From: Nemertoderma westbladi
Taxonomy: Eukaryota; Animalia; Xenacoelomorpha
Assembly: GCA_032718475.1 (NCBI GenBank)
Contig: JAUCBJ010000703.1
Coordinates: forward strand, 1-40,747
Length of the DNA stretch: 40,747 nt
Reading direction: 5' to 3'
Of this stretch, positions 13,065 through 24,390 are shown in pieces. The position numbers and the translations under genes are program-made. Numbering within the stretch: the first letter of the stretch is position 1; each line of letters opens with the position of its first letter. Under the pieces are notes generated by a model that was given only the letters and a program-made list of their open reading frames with translations, was not told the DNA's origin and ran no database searches.

Positions 13065-13690
13065 TGTGTGACTTCCAAATCCTGGAAAGCCCATTCAATG
13101 CTGCCCAGCCCATGCCCTTCCCTTACGTATACGACGGTACTCGCCTTACTTAATCCAGGCAAAATAAGTCATCCACATGCTCGAGCACACCATCTTTAGA
13201 GCTAATGCTTACTACACGATCAGAGATTTACTGAGGATTATCGAACTTAACTGTTAAAATATTGGTCTTCTTCGAGTTAACAAATAGAGACCAAAACTAG
13301 AAGCAACCTGTTCTAATGAGCTGAGGAGCGGTTGGGCTCCCTCTAGTGATTCTGAGAGTACTCCTAAGTCATCAGCAAAGTCTAGATCAGTTAGGTACTT
13401 GGCTGGAATTCGTCGACTTCTGGTGCCAGTAGGGGGTGTGACCATCACCTCATCTTCATTATGCATAGAACATAGTTAACAACAATTATTAAGAATGGTA
13501 CATTGTTACAAGTGTGTCACCCTGGAGGACTCCCATAAAACTATAAAAACGAATGGATCTCTGTTATCATCAATGGTAGACACAAATTCCGTCGAATCAT
13601 CGTATAGTAAAATGATTGCTACAATAATTAACTGATAGACTGCATTGAAGGCCTCACATAAGTCAACAAAGATAACAGTCCGATGTCTTT
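13065..13690 (-). mobile_element. Degenerate RTE-clade LINE reverse transcriptase fragment
   Basis: Encodes PAKYLTDLDFADDLGVLSESLEGAQ and VIFVDLCEAF (FVDLxKAFD-like), with frameshifts and deletions. It is an inverted homolog of 14250-14775. Confidence 0.88.
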
Positions 13691-13726
13691 TTATTGGGCA
13701 CAGCTTTTTCAAAGTAGGCAATGACG

Positions 13727-13795
13727 TCCAGGTGGGATCGAACTGGTGACCTCAGGGTTGGAAGTCTGACGCTCTAATCATTCAGCTAGCGGCTC
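13727..13795 (-). mobile_element. tRNA-like Pol III head (SINE or tRNA pseudogene)
   Basis: Minus strand reads GAGCCGCTAGCTGAATGATTAGAGCGTCAGACTTCCAACCCTGAGGTCACCAGTTCGATCCC, with an A-box-like segment, an imperfect anticodon arm and B-box AGTTCGATCC. The acceptor stem does not pair. A related copy lies at ~19890-19950. Confidence 0.65.
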
Positions 13796-14229
13796 AGGTA
13801 AAAGATAGACCTGGAAATACTATCTGATACCTTATGTTAGCAATTTACCTCCTCATGGTCTCCCATCTGTCAATACCATCATAATATGCTGCCACTGTGC
13901 TCAACCCTACAGTACTTGGCCGTCTTGATGTCTTGATTGGCATTCAGATGTCTGTCTTACATTTTTGTCATTCACTCTTCAATTATGCAATGGACAGACA
14001 CAAGTTCGGCAATGCCGATCAATTTCTTTGAGGCCTTGGCCAGTAGACGCACTAAGAGTAGCGGATGTCCCGTTTAGTGGCCAGTTATATATACTAACTA
14101 TAATGTTACTGTCAACATTGTATTATTGTGCATTTTCAAATGTCAATTTATTTGATTAAACCAATGATATATGACATATTAATATTAAATTAAATACATT
14201 CCGATTCCGGACAGACTGATAATACCGGT

Positions 14230-15414
14230 TTTACGATGGTTCGACAACATTTGTGTCTACTGTTGACGGTGACACAGAACCATTTGAAGTGTTATGGGGC
14301 GTCCTCCAGGGAGACACACTTGCACCATTCTTGTTCATAATTGTTGTTGACTATGTTCTACGCATGTCCTTAGATCATCATAATGATGATGGGGTGATGA
14401 TAACTCCACCTACTGGCTCCAGAAGTCGAGGAAATCCTGCCAAGTACCTAACTGATCTAGACTTTGCTGATGACTTAGGAGTACTCTCAGAATCACTAGA
14501 GGGAGCCCAACGGCTCCTCAGCTCATTAGAACATGCTACTTCTAGTGTTGGTCTTTTTATTAACTCCAGAAAGACCAAAATTTTGACAGTTAACTTTGAT
14601 AGTCCTCAGCAAGTCTCTGATCGGATGAGCATAAGCTCAAAGGATGGTATGCTTGAGCATGTGGACGACTTCTGTTACCTCCTGGGATCATGGATCCGGA
14701 AGTCAGGTGAGGACCTTCGAATACGTAAGGGAAAGGCATGGGCAGCCTTGAATAGGCTTTCCAGGATTTGGAAGTCACCGAGAATTAATCGGAAACTTAA
14801 GGTCCGATTATTTAGAGCAGCAGTAGTTCCAGTACTTCTGTATGGGAGTCCATGCTGGGCTCTAACTGCTGAGGACACCAAATCTCTGGATGGCACATTC
14901 ACAAGAATGCTACGCCGGGTTCATTGTGTCAAGTACAATGCACACATCTCCAACCAGACACTATATAACATTGGAGGTGTCTCATTGGTTCCCCCAAGCT
15001 TGACACTAGAACAAAATCGCCTCCGCTGTGCAGGACATTGCTTTCGCCGTGAGGACCAGACAGTGCATAATCTTAATAATAATGAATTGTTGCGGGGTGA
15101 GTGACGGTTAATTAAATATATAATGTGGATAGGACAATATGATAATGCTCTCCATAGCGAAAAATATCAACCGACCCTGTTGGGGCATAATCTTGTACTT
15201 TGGCAGCCTCATGGAGTGAATACGCATGGTGGACAGCCCATGACTTTCTTGAGACGCATCTTAAAGGACACTGGCCTTGAAGATGCGGATGATCTAGCAA
15301 ATGTCATGGGTGATAGGGAGTTGTGGTGGTGCAATTTTGTCGATAAGCCGGCACAGCATTCTTAAAAATGCAGCTGCAATGCCGCATGCCGATCCTAGTA
15401 GTAGTAGTAGTAGA
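14230..15414 (+). mobile_element. 5'-truncated RTE-clade non-LTR retrotransposon (RT C-terminal half and 3' end)
   Basis: ORF 14253..15104 has GVLQGDTLAPFLF, LDFADD, FCYL(L)GS, VRLFRAAVVPVLLYGS and RLRCAGHCFR. It ends in a (GTA)n tail at ~15397-15413 and is interrupted by an insert at 15075-15184. Confidence 0.93.
15075..15184 (-). mobile_element. 110-bp insertion with a 10-bp target-site duplication (probable retroposed 3' fragment)
   Basis: Flanked by GCATAATCTT at 15065-15074 and 15185-15194. It is absent from the paralogous copy at ~6575-6590. One end is (AAT)3. Confidence 0.85.
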
Positions 15415-16255
15415 TATTACCGGTACCGACCGGATCGAACATTTCATCTTGAATCTATTATTTGAAAAAAAACGACTGCATTTAATTCTTAACGTAACCG
15501 TTAGGAAAACTGCGTTCCGTTATTTTCCCTATGTGGTTGTATGTGTACAGAGTAAAGCCCTGTTCTCATCTACTTAACTTACCCCAATAAATCCGCGAAA
15601 TAAATCCATCACATAAAAAATGTCATGAAATAATAATTTACAAAATCAATTATATTTTACGATAACGATAATATTATGTATAAACGATAACCTTGAGATA
15701 CACACTAGTAAGGGAAAATTGAATGGATTCAATGAATTATTAAAGGCAATCAATCAAATGCAAATACCCAATAGAGTGATTAAAAACATATTCTGTAAAC
15801 AAAAACACTTTTATTCATATCAATTTAAATGTATAATATTTGTTTTAACATAGGGCCTACTTTATATTGTAGACCCTATATTATTTTAAATATACTTGCG
15901 ATTATAAAATCTAAAAAATTTTTTTTTTATTTACTAGAGATACAAGCTGCAACGTCTTTCATAATCAAACTGATCATTAATAAAAATTAATTAATTGTTA
16001 TTACAATTGCTATAAAAAAAACTGAATAGTTATTTATTAAATTAAGTTCATCATCACCTACTTGGAAAATTAGACGATTTAAAGTTTGGTAAAAAAAAAA
16101 CATTATAAAAATAATAAAATTTAAGGTACCGACCGGAAATCAATAAATAAAATAAGAAGGAGAAAAAATATTTATTTTTAAACTGTTAATTTTTCGCCCG
16201 AATAAGCCAAAAATTCCATATCTTTGGAAAATAAGAAAATCACTTACTAAAATGA

Positions 16256-16653
16256 TACTGAAGTCAATCTAGCGATAAAAGGTAACCCAAAACTAATTCG
16301 CAATTCCTCCGAACCAAATTAAAAATTTGATGCGACTTTTAGTTAGTTACCGAGATATAACAATTTACGTGTGACAGGCCAGTGTAAATTTTATTAATTC
16401 CCTCATTGAATTGTAGCTTATTGTGAAATTATTCTGGAACATCACCAATTTGCTACTTACTCTTCCCTACTGTTTGTTCCTTTTGTTTGACTTGTGATAC
16501 GCAAATTTATGTAGAATTTCAATGAATATGTTTCCCAAAATAATTTTTTGAGACTTTTCTCGTCAATAACAAGGTAATATAAAATATGCCAAAAATGTGG
16601 TTCGGATTGATTGCGAATTACTTTTGGGTTTTATGCTAGATTGACTCGACTAT
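16256..16653. mobile_element. Probable MITE / non-autonomous DNA transposon with ~55-bp imperfect terminal inverted repeats
   Basis: AGTCAATCTAGCGATAAAAGGTAACCCAAAACTAATTCGCAATTCCTCCGAACCA (16262-16316) is an imperfect reverse complement of TGGTTCGGATTGATTGCGAATTACTTTTGGGTTTTATGCTAGATTGACT (16598-16646). TA dinucleotides lie near both ends. Confidence 0.7.
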
Positions 16654-17152
16654 AATATATAAGGCCTGCTCGCTCACCCCAGTAAGCTAACGTAATTATT
16701 AGATTAAAGAGATAAATGAATCAATGTAAGGATCCACAAAAAGCCCTTCTAATCTCATGAGGGAGTATAAACCCACATATATTAGACGCTAAGGAATTTA
16801 CATTTAAAAAAGATTCACATTTAATTAACTCTTCAGACGTAATCGATTAAAGAAAAAACCGAAATGGTTTCTACAGTTATGTGAAGTTATAGAAAATCGG
16901 ACTCGAGAAGTGGCCGCGGTGACGATTTATATGTAAAAAAAGTCACCACGATGGCGGCATTACACACTATTGGTTTATTGCAAAAGGATACAGGTAGGGG
17001 GTAGGTAGTGAACAGCCCTCGTAACACGCCAAAGTCCAGGATACCAGCTCACTTCCGTGAATACTAGAGTAGCCTTCCATCTTAATAAAGCCTGCAAGGA
17101 TTACCTACCTGGGGGGTTACGTGCCTGGAAGGAGGGGTTACCTACTTACCGC

Positions 17153-17199
17153 AGGGGAGGGAGGGAGGGAGGGAGGGAGGGAGGGGGGGGGGGGGGGGG
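17153..17199. repeat. (GGGA)n plus poly-G simple repeat
   Basis: Directly visible. Confidence 0.9.
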
Positions 17200-17706
17200 T
17201 ACCCAAGTACATACAAATACCGTCTAAGGAACCAAACTTAGAACACAACCCACTCTGAATTCTCCACGGTGAATTAACGATGATGTCACGCTATCAGATG
17301 CGCGACATCTACTGATAACGGAGACATGCAGAAGAAACAGCTATTCTAATAAACTTACTTCATACACCAGAGCCTACTTCTGGCTATCGCTTATAGCTAT
17401 TGACTTATCCCTTTGGTTTAAAACAAAGGCGACAAAAGTTTTGATAAGATAATTTTGAGAGTGAATACACTGCGGGTCATTTCCAAAACGCGGATTTAAT
17501 AATTGACACACCAATCCAGGATTATATTGGAAAAGCAAGGCAACAAATTCTACAATAGTTCATTGTGTTGTTATTGTTATTGTACTACCTTAAACAATTT
17601 TGGTGTATGCCCTTTTTCTTCATTTAGTGGAATATCGCTGCCTCTGAAATATTTACTACTACATAATATTAATTTTGTAATAAAATCAGATTAATGTTAC
17701 CGTACG

Positions 17707-18772
17707 GGGTACGGAGAAGGGGTACGGAGAAGGGGTACGGAGAAGGGGTACGGAGAAGGGGTACGGAGAAGGGGTACGGAGAAGGGGTACGGAGAAGGGG
17801 TACGGAGAAGGGGTACGGAGAAGGGGTACGGAGAAGGGGTACGGAGAAGGAGTACGGAGAAGGGGTACGGAGAAGGGGTACGGAGAAGGGGTACGGAGAA
17901 GGGGTACGGAGAAGGGGTACGGAGAAGGGGTACGGAGAAGGAGTACGGAGAAGGGGTACGGAGAAGGGGTACGGAGAAGGGGTACGGAGAAGGGGTACGG
18001 AGAAGGGGTACGGAGAAGGAGTACGGAGAAGGGGTACGGAGAAGGGGTACGGAGAAGGAGTACGGAGAAGGGGTACGGAGAAGGGGTACGGAGAAGGGGT
18101 ACGGAGAAGGGGTACGGAGAAGGAGTACGGAGAAGGGGTACGGAGAAGGGGTACGGAGAAGGGGTACGGAGAAGGGGTACGGAGAAGGGGTACGGAGAAG
18201 GAGTACGGAGAAGGGGTACGGAGAAGGGGTACGGAGAAGGGGTACGGAGAAGGAGTACGGAGAAGGGGTACGGAGAAGGAGTACGGAGAAGGGGTACGGA
18301 GAAGGGGTACGGAGAAGGAGTACGGAGAAGGGGTACGGAGAAGGGGTACGGAGAAGGAGTACGGAGAAGGGGTACGGAGAAGGGGTACGGAGAAGGGGTA
18401 CGGAGAAGGGGTACGGAGAAGGAGTACGGAGAAGGGGTACGGAGAAGGAGTACGGAGAAGGGGTACGGAGAAGGGGTACGGAGAAGGAGTACGGAGAAGG
18501 GGTACGGAGAAGGGGTACGGAGAAGGAGTACGGAGAAGGGGTACGGAGAAGGGGTACGGAGAAGGAGTACGGAGAAGGGGTACGGAGAAGGGGTACGGAG
18601 AAGGAGTACGGAGAAGGGGTACGGAGAAGGGGTACGGAGAAGGAGTACGGAGAAGGGGTACGGAGAAGGGGTACGGAGAAGGAGTACGGAGAAGGGGTAC
18701 GGAGAAGGGGTACGGAGAAGGGGTACGGAGAAGGAGTACGGAGAAGGGGTACGGAGAAGGGGTACGGAGAAG
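17707..18772. repeat. 13-bp minisatellite GTACGGAGAAG(G/A)G-type, ~82 copies
   Basis: Unit GTACGGAGAAGGG with variant GTACGGAGAAGGA. It explains ORF 17694..18821. Confidence 0.98.
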
Positions 18773-19722
18773 ATTTGTTATATTAATGCTTAGTAACTAT
18801 TGTAGTAGCAGTAGGGTCTGAATGCCCCATGCGCAATTTGTGAGGATGTATTAATTTAAATTTCCGAATTATATATTTCCAAATACCAATCACGGCATGG
18901 TTTATGGTTAGTAAGAAAGTCTTAAACGGATTTACAGTACACATCAATTAATTATATTATGAAAATTATGTTCTACCTATGAAGTTATATAATGTCCATT
19001 AAAAAAAAATGATAATCATCAATGAACGCACTTCTCTTAAACAATAACAATTTACAACAAATTATAATGTTAATTATTATTGTATATTAATTAAGAGAAG
19101 TGGAAAGTAAGTTCTCTATGGTATTAAATACGAAATTGGTACCACAGTAATAGCAAATATTTATTCGAATGTTAATATAATATTATAAACGCTGGAATGC
19201 CTTGAAACGCATATAAATTGATTTACATTAAATTAAATTGGGGGTGTGGCCGAGCGGATATAATGTGCACAATCACACAATCGGCAACTGGAAAGCTCAC
19301 CGTGGGTGAAACAATAAACCAAATTCATTATACTGATTACTCAATGAGAGAAACGATAATTATTTCAATTCCCAATCAAATAACGCCGAAATAACGGAAA
19401 ACTCTTGGAAACCTAACCAACTGTAAAAATTAGATCACAAATTGTTATATATAAAGTCGTATGAATGGGTGGGGGGAGCAAGCTTATAAGTTGCAAAGTA
19501 TTCCAAGCGTAACGGGGTTCCAGGCAGGAAAACCGTTGGCCCAATGGAATCCTGACTTCTAAAGAATAGAATTGATAGGGATTAGCTAGCGCACGACACA
19601 CCCCCACTGAACCCACCCTGGGTTGAGTGACAAAGGCTAGTCGCTGATTCCAAAGCGTCTACACGGAAATGTTAATGAATATAAAATAGATGGACTACAA
19701 CTTACGGTGTACATTCTATATT

Positions 19723-19838
19723 CGCCAAGGTAATTGTGCAATTTTATGAATTGGGGGACAACATGTAAATTAATTATTGTAACGCCAAGGTAATTGTGCA
19801 ATTTTATGAATTGGGGGACAACATGTAAATTAATTATT
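19723..19838. repeat. 60-bp tandem duplication (56 bp identical)
   Basis: CGCCAAGGTAATTGTGCAATTTTATGAATTGGGGGACAACATGTAAATTAATTATT occurs at 19723 and 19783. Confidence 0.95.
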
Positions 19839-19889
19839 ACAATTTTTATAATTTTCCTTGGTACGCAAAACCTAGCAAAGTTTGTTTTG

Positions 19890-19950
19890 ACGACCATGTG
19901 GGATCGAACTGGTGACCCTCTGGTTGGAAGTCCTGATGCACAAAGCGAAT
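19890..19950 (-). mobile_element. Second, more decayed copy of the tRNA-like SINE head at 13727-13795
   Basis: Shares GTGGGATCGAACTGGTGACC (20 bp) and GGTTGGAAGTC with the 13.7-kb copy. Confidence 0.6.
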
Positions 19951-21978
19951 TGTATTGTGGGGCGAGCCACGAAAGTAAGCGAGCTTAGCAAAAGGGTACC
20001 ACTAACTCAATCGACGTGCCTGTCGTGCTGTTGTGTCCAATCCACGATGAAATCTAACCAAACTTGGTACAAATCTCGTTTGACAAAAATGTGTAAAATA
20101 TTTTCTAAGTTGAATTCACGTGTGGCCTTCGAGAAGCTAAGATAAAAGCAGTTAATTAAGTTGACTACGGTATAAAACAGCATTTTGTCTGTAGTCCTTT
20201 ATTGGAAATTAATTATTTTCATTCTAGTATTAAGATATAAATAATTAAACTGAAAAATTTTACAGCGGTAATCCCCATACCCCATTCCATTGTAGTTTTT
20301 AATTAGTTCAAGTGATTTGCTTTAAGAAATGTGTTTTTAATTGATCTAAAGTAATTAACTTATTAAATTCCCTGTCTATCCACCAACACCCTCGCCTATA
20401 CTTCCAGCTCCCCCATTCAATGGCGTGCTTGCTATTGCCTACCTGGGAACCAGCCTTATTGTTAATTTAACATTGAGTGAGACGAGATATTAATTGAGAT
20501 AGATGATGTGAGAGAGGCATTGAACCAACCACAGTACCCCTTGAGGTCTAAGCACCCCTTAATAAAATAATGGTACTGTAGCGAATAACGAGTTTTATTA
20601 TGTTGCTATATTATTTGTATTATATTAGGTTAAATATAATAGTCGCGGACCTAAACATTTCAGAAATGCGACTAAACTATAAATAAAGTTAAGGAAGAAA
20701 TATTTTAATTAAATTATTTTTAAGAAACTATTTCACTTAGTAAAAAAACCAGGGCCTGGACCTGCTGCTACAAACATATCAAAATTTAAAAAGTATCAAC
20801 TTAAAACCCATATAAAAATATTGTAAGAAACCAATAACCTATATATTTACGGTAAATGCAGACAAATTCACATATAAATTCAAAATAGAATTCCCCTACA
20901 ATGTTTAGTAATATAGCTGTACCGGTAGCAACTGCAGCACTGCAGACCCAGTTACTAAAATATGAAATAAACGCCTTATTATTACAGAACGTCTCTAATT
21001 AAGTTTTGATTACCCTTTCCTTTCAGATTAATTTCCCTTAAATAAATAAAACTAGTTTACAAGATTTATAAAAATGGCCACTCTAGATAATTATTAAGAG
21101 CGCTCCAGATAATTAGGCCCTTATTATTTTTTTCAAAATTTAGGGGCTCCGTATATTTCACACTACCGGTCATTTTACGGTACCGTAAAATGGGGCTACT
21201 TTGCCCAGTGGGGTAACTTTGACCGATCTTTTCTTGGTCAATATAAACAGTATTTGCCACCAATTAATTAATTAATTATTAATTTTTGTACTATTGTGTA
21301 GAACAATAATTGGAGATTATAAGAGTATACCGTTACAGTGATAATTATACACAATAATTTATTTATCATCGTGTTTATGTTGCTCATCAAAAATGACAAA
21401 ATTTTAACCTCCCAAACTTCAACTTGCAAAAATTATTTGTCAACCCCCCACACCATCAAATCAGTTTTATATCAAATTCGCAGTTATTCAGGAATAATAA
21501 AATCAAAGCTTCAGTCCTCAACGATTAACCAACTTGATGTAAAATTTACTTTTATGCAACGACACAATAGCGTATTTACGCTAAATACGCAAATACGCTA
21601 TTAACGACACCCAAATTTTATAAAAGGCGGACAACTTTGCCCACCTTAACATTTAATACAATATAATACTACCGTATGAGACTTGTTGGATGTTAGGCCT
21701 ATATAGTAATTGTAGGTAAAGTAAGTAGGCCCTATGTATGGTTCTGTTTCTTGACAGCTTAATGTTTCAAATCTTTTCAAGGCCTACCGCCTACCTATAC
21801 TGCCATACCGGGCTGACACATCGTTGATTATGTATCTATATTCTATGTACTGTGTGCACTGTTAGTTGTACTGCAGCAGTTGGTAAGTTGGTAGTATTTC
21901 TGTTAGGTGGTGCATATAGTAAGTAGAGTAAGTAAGTAGAGTGAGTAAGTAAGTAGCAGGCCCTTTGTCATTACAATA

Positions 21979-23923
21979 ATGGTTAGAAATAGAAAGCGTA
22001 AACTTGGTTCTAGAAAGTATCGTGACTATACAGATAGTAAGTTGAAGGATGCAGTGGACGCAATGGAGAATGGCTTAAGTAGTCGCCAAGCCGAGGCACA
22101 ATTCCGGATTCCACGTAGAACGATCCTAAATCAACTTCATGGACAACATGGTAAGCAAGTTGGGCATCCAATTATTCTAATGCGATATGAGGAGACATCA
22201 ATTGTCAACCACTTATCCATTTGTGCAGACTGGGGCATGCCCTTATCGATTATGGATTTACGAATCACAGTTAGAAATTATTTGAACCGCTGTGGAAGGA
22301 AAGTAGATGCTTTTATCGATAATCTACCTGGTAGGGAATGGGCACTACTATTTACAGAAAGAAATAAGGATCAGCTTTCACTTCGTCTGTGCCAAAATAT
22401 CAAACGTGCCAGGGCTGCAGTTGGACCGGCAGATATTTCTGCCTACTTTGAACACCTTCAGGTAACTTTAGAGGGGATTCCTGCCACAAATGTCCTTAAT
22501 TATGACGAAACAAACATCACTGATAACCCGGGGTCAAAGAAATTACTGTTTAAAAGAGGAGTTAAATATCCTGAAAAAGTTCAAAATTATTCAAAGGGGG
22601 TGATCAGCCTCATGTTCTCAGGGAGTGCAGATGGGCAACTGTTGGGTGTGTATGTGATCTATAAGTCCAAGCATTTGTGGGCCAACAGGTGTCAAGGGGG
22701 GGCCTCCAAATACACGCTTTGCCCGAACAGTCAGTGGTTGGATGGATGAACCATCCTTTGAGGAGTGGTTCCTGACAATCGTTTTGCCTTGGGCAAAGTC
22801 TCTGGAGGGAAATAAGGTCATAATCGGGGATAATTTATGTGCCCATATAAGTGAGGGGGTCATTCAACAATGTGCTGATAACAACATAAATTTTGTGTTT
22901 CTCCCAAGAAACAGTACCCATCTCACCCAACCTCTAAACGTGGCATTCTTCAGACCACTAAAGTTCTTCAGACCACTAAAGTGTCATTGGCGCCAAATAC
23001 TTGATCAATATAAAACAAAAAATCCAGGTAGCACCTCACTTGAGAAGCAATGTTTCCCTAAACTTATTGACCAGCTCATCCAGAAACTTCATGAGAATGG
23101 AGCAGCAGCAAAGAATCTGAAATCCGGTTTCCGAGCAACTGGTATTGTTCCATTAGATTCGACGCAGGTGTTAAAGAAACTTCCAGGATATACATCATCA
23201 CCCACTCCCCCACCCAATCAGGTGGCACCCACGCCATCTGCTCCTACCCCAGGGGAATCCATACTGGTCGCACAGGCACCAGTGGAATCAACAACATCCA
23301 CACCAGTCATTCTGGCAATGGGGGAACCCATTCCAGTCACTCTATCATCATCGACATCAAGTTCCACTGTACTGCAGTCACCGAGAACCAATGCCAGCAA
23401 ACTTATCTCGAGTTCCCTACTGGAATATCTTCAGCTCTCAAGAAGAAATGCACCCCATTCAAAATCGAAACGTTACAAATTGGATGTACCAGCTGGTAAA
23501 TCAGTGTCTGCCGAAGACATATACATTCAAAGGAAAGATAAGGAGAATCAAAATCGGGGTCGAGGGCGCATTCGTGGTCGTGGTCGGGGTGCTCGAGGAC
23601 GTGGAAATACTCACAGTCAAAGGTTGCAGGGGGTGATTGGGAGAGGGGCAGGAAGGAATTTATTCCCACAACATTCTGATGATGAAATTGTGTTGAGTTC
23701 TGACTCATCTGTTAGCAGTGAATGCTGGCCTGATATCTCAGATAACCATGATGATAGTAATACGTCTGCTGCCACTAATAGGAGTGAGGGGACAATTGCA
23801 GGTATTTGTAATTTTGATGAAATATTACCGGCTAGCCCAATGAGTGGTCACAGCAGTCCTATAGAATTGTTCGCTGATTGGAATTTCGATCTCGAACTCC
23901 TGGATCGTGAACTTGAACTCTAG
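21979..23923 (+). pseudogene. pogo/CENP-B-like transposase (psq-type HTH, CENP-B-type HTH, DDE_1 domain), frameshifted and catalytically altered
   Basis: Motifs: YTDSKLKDAV...LSSRQAEAQFRIPRRT, PGREWALLF, NYDETN, IIGDNLCAH, LPRNSTHLTQPLNV. Deleting one G of the G7 run at 22696-22702 joins the two ORFs as CQGGPPNTRFARTVSGWMD. Confidence 0.9.
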
Positions 23924-24390
23924 CAGCTTATCATTTTGATTTCAAACTCCTGCAATGTGAACCTTAACTCTTTTCGAACTCTTGGATCGTGAACTCGAAC
24001 TCTAGCTTATTGTTTTGATTTTGATCTCCCGCAAAGTGAACTTGAACCTGTTTTCGAACTCTTTGACCGTGAACTTGAACCCTATAGCTTATGCCTATTG
24101 TTTTGATTTTGAACTGCTTGTGCATGGATCGTGAACTTGAACTCTATCTTATCGTTTTGATTTCGAACTCGTGCAATGTGAACTTTAACTCTTTTCGAAC
24201 TCTTGGATCGTGAACTGGAACTCTAGCTTATTGTTTTGATTTTGATCTCCCGCAAAGTGAACTTGAACCTGTTTTCGAACTCTTTGATCGTGATCTTGAA
24301 CTCTATATACCGGTATAGCTTATGCCTATTAGCCTATTGTTTTGATTTTGAACTGCTTGTGCATGGAACATGAACTTGAACTCTAGCATA
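23880..24390. repeat. Degenerate tandem repeat inside the transposon 3' region (GTGAACTTGAACTC-based subunits; ~225-bp higher-order unit x2)
   Basis: The block starting GGATCGTGAACTTGAACTCTA at ~23902 recurs at ~24126 with colinear sub-repeats. Confidence 0.85.

Noticed and set aside
17694-18821. 375-aa RG-rich ORF
   Set aside because: It is a translation of the 13-bp repeat with no unique domain.
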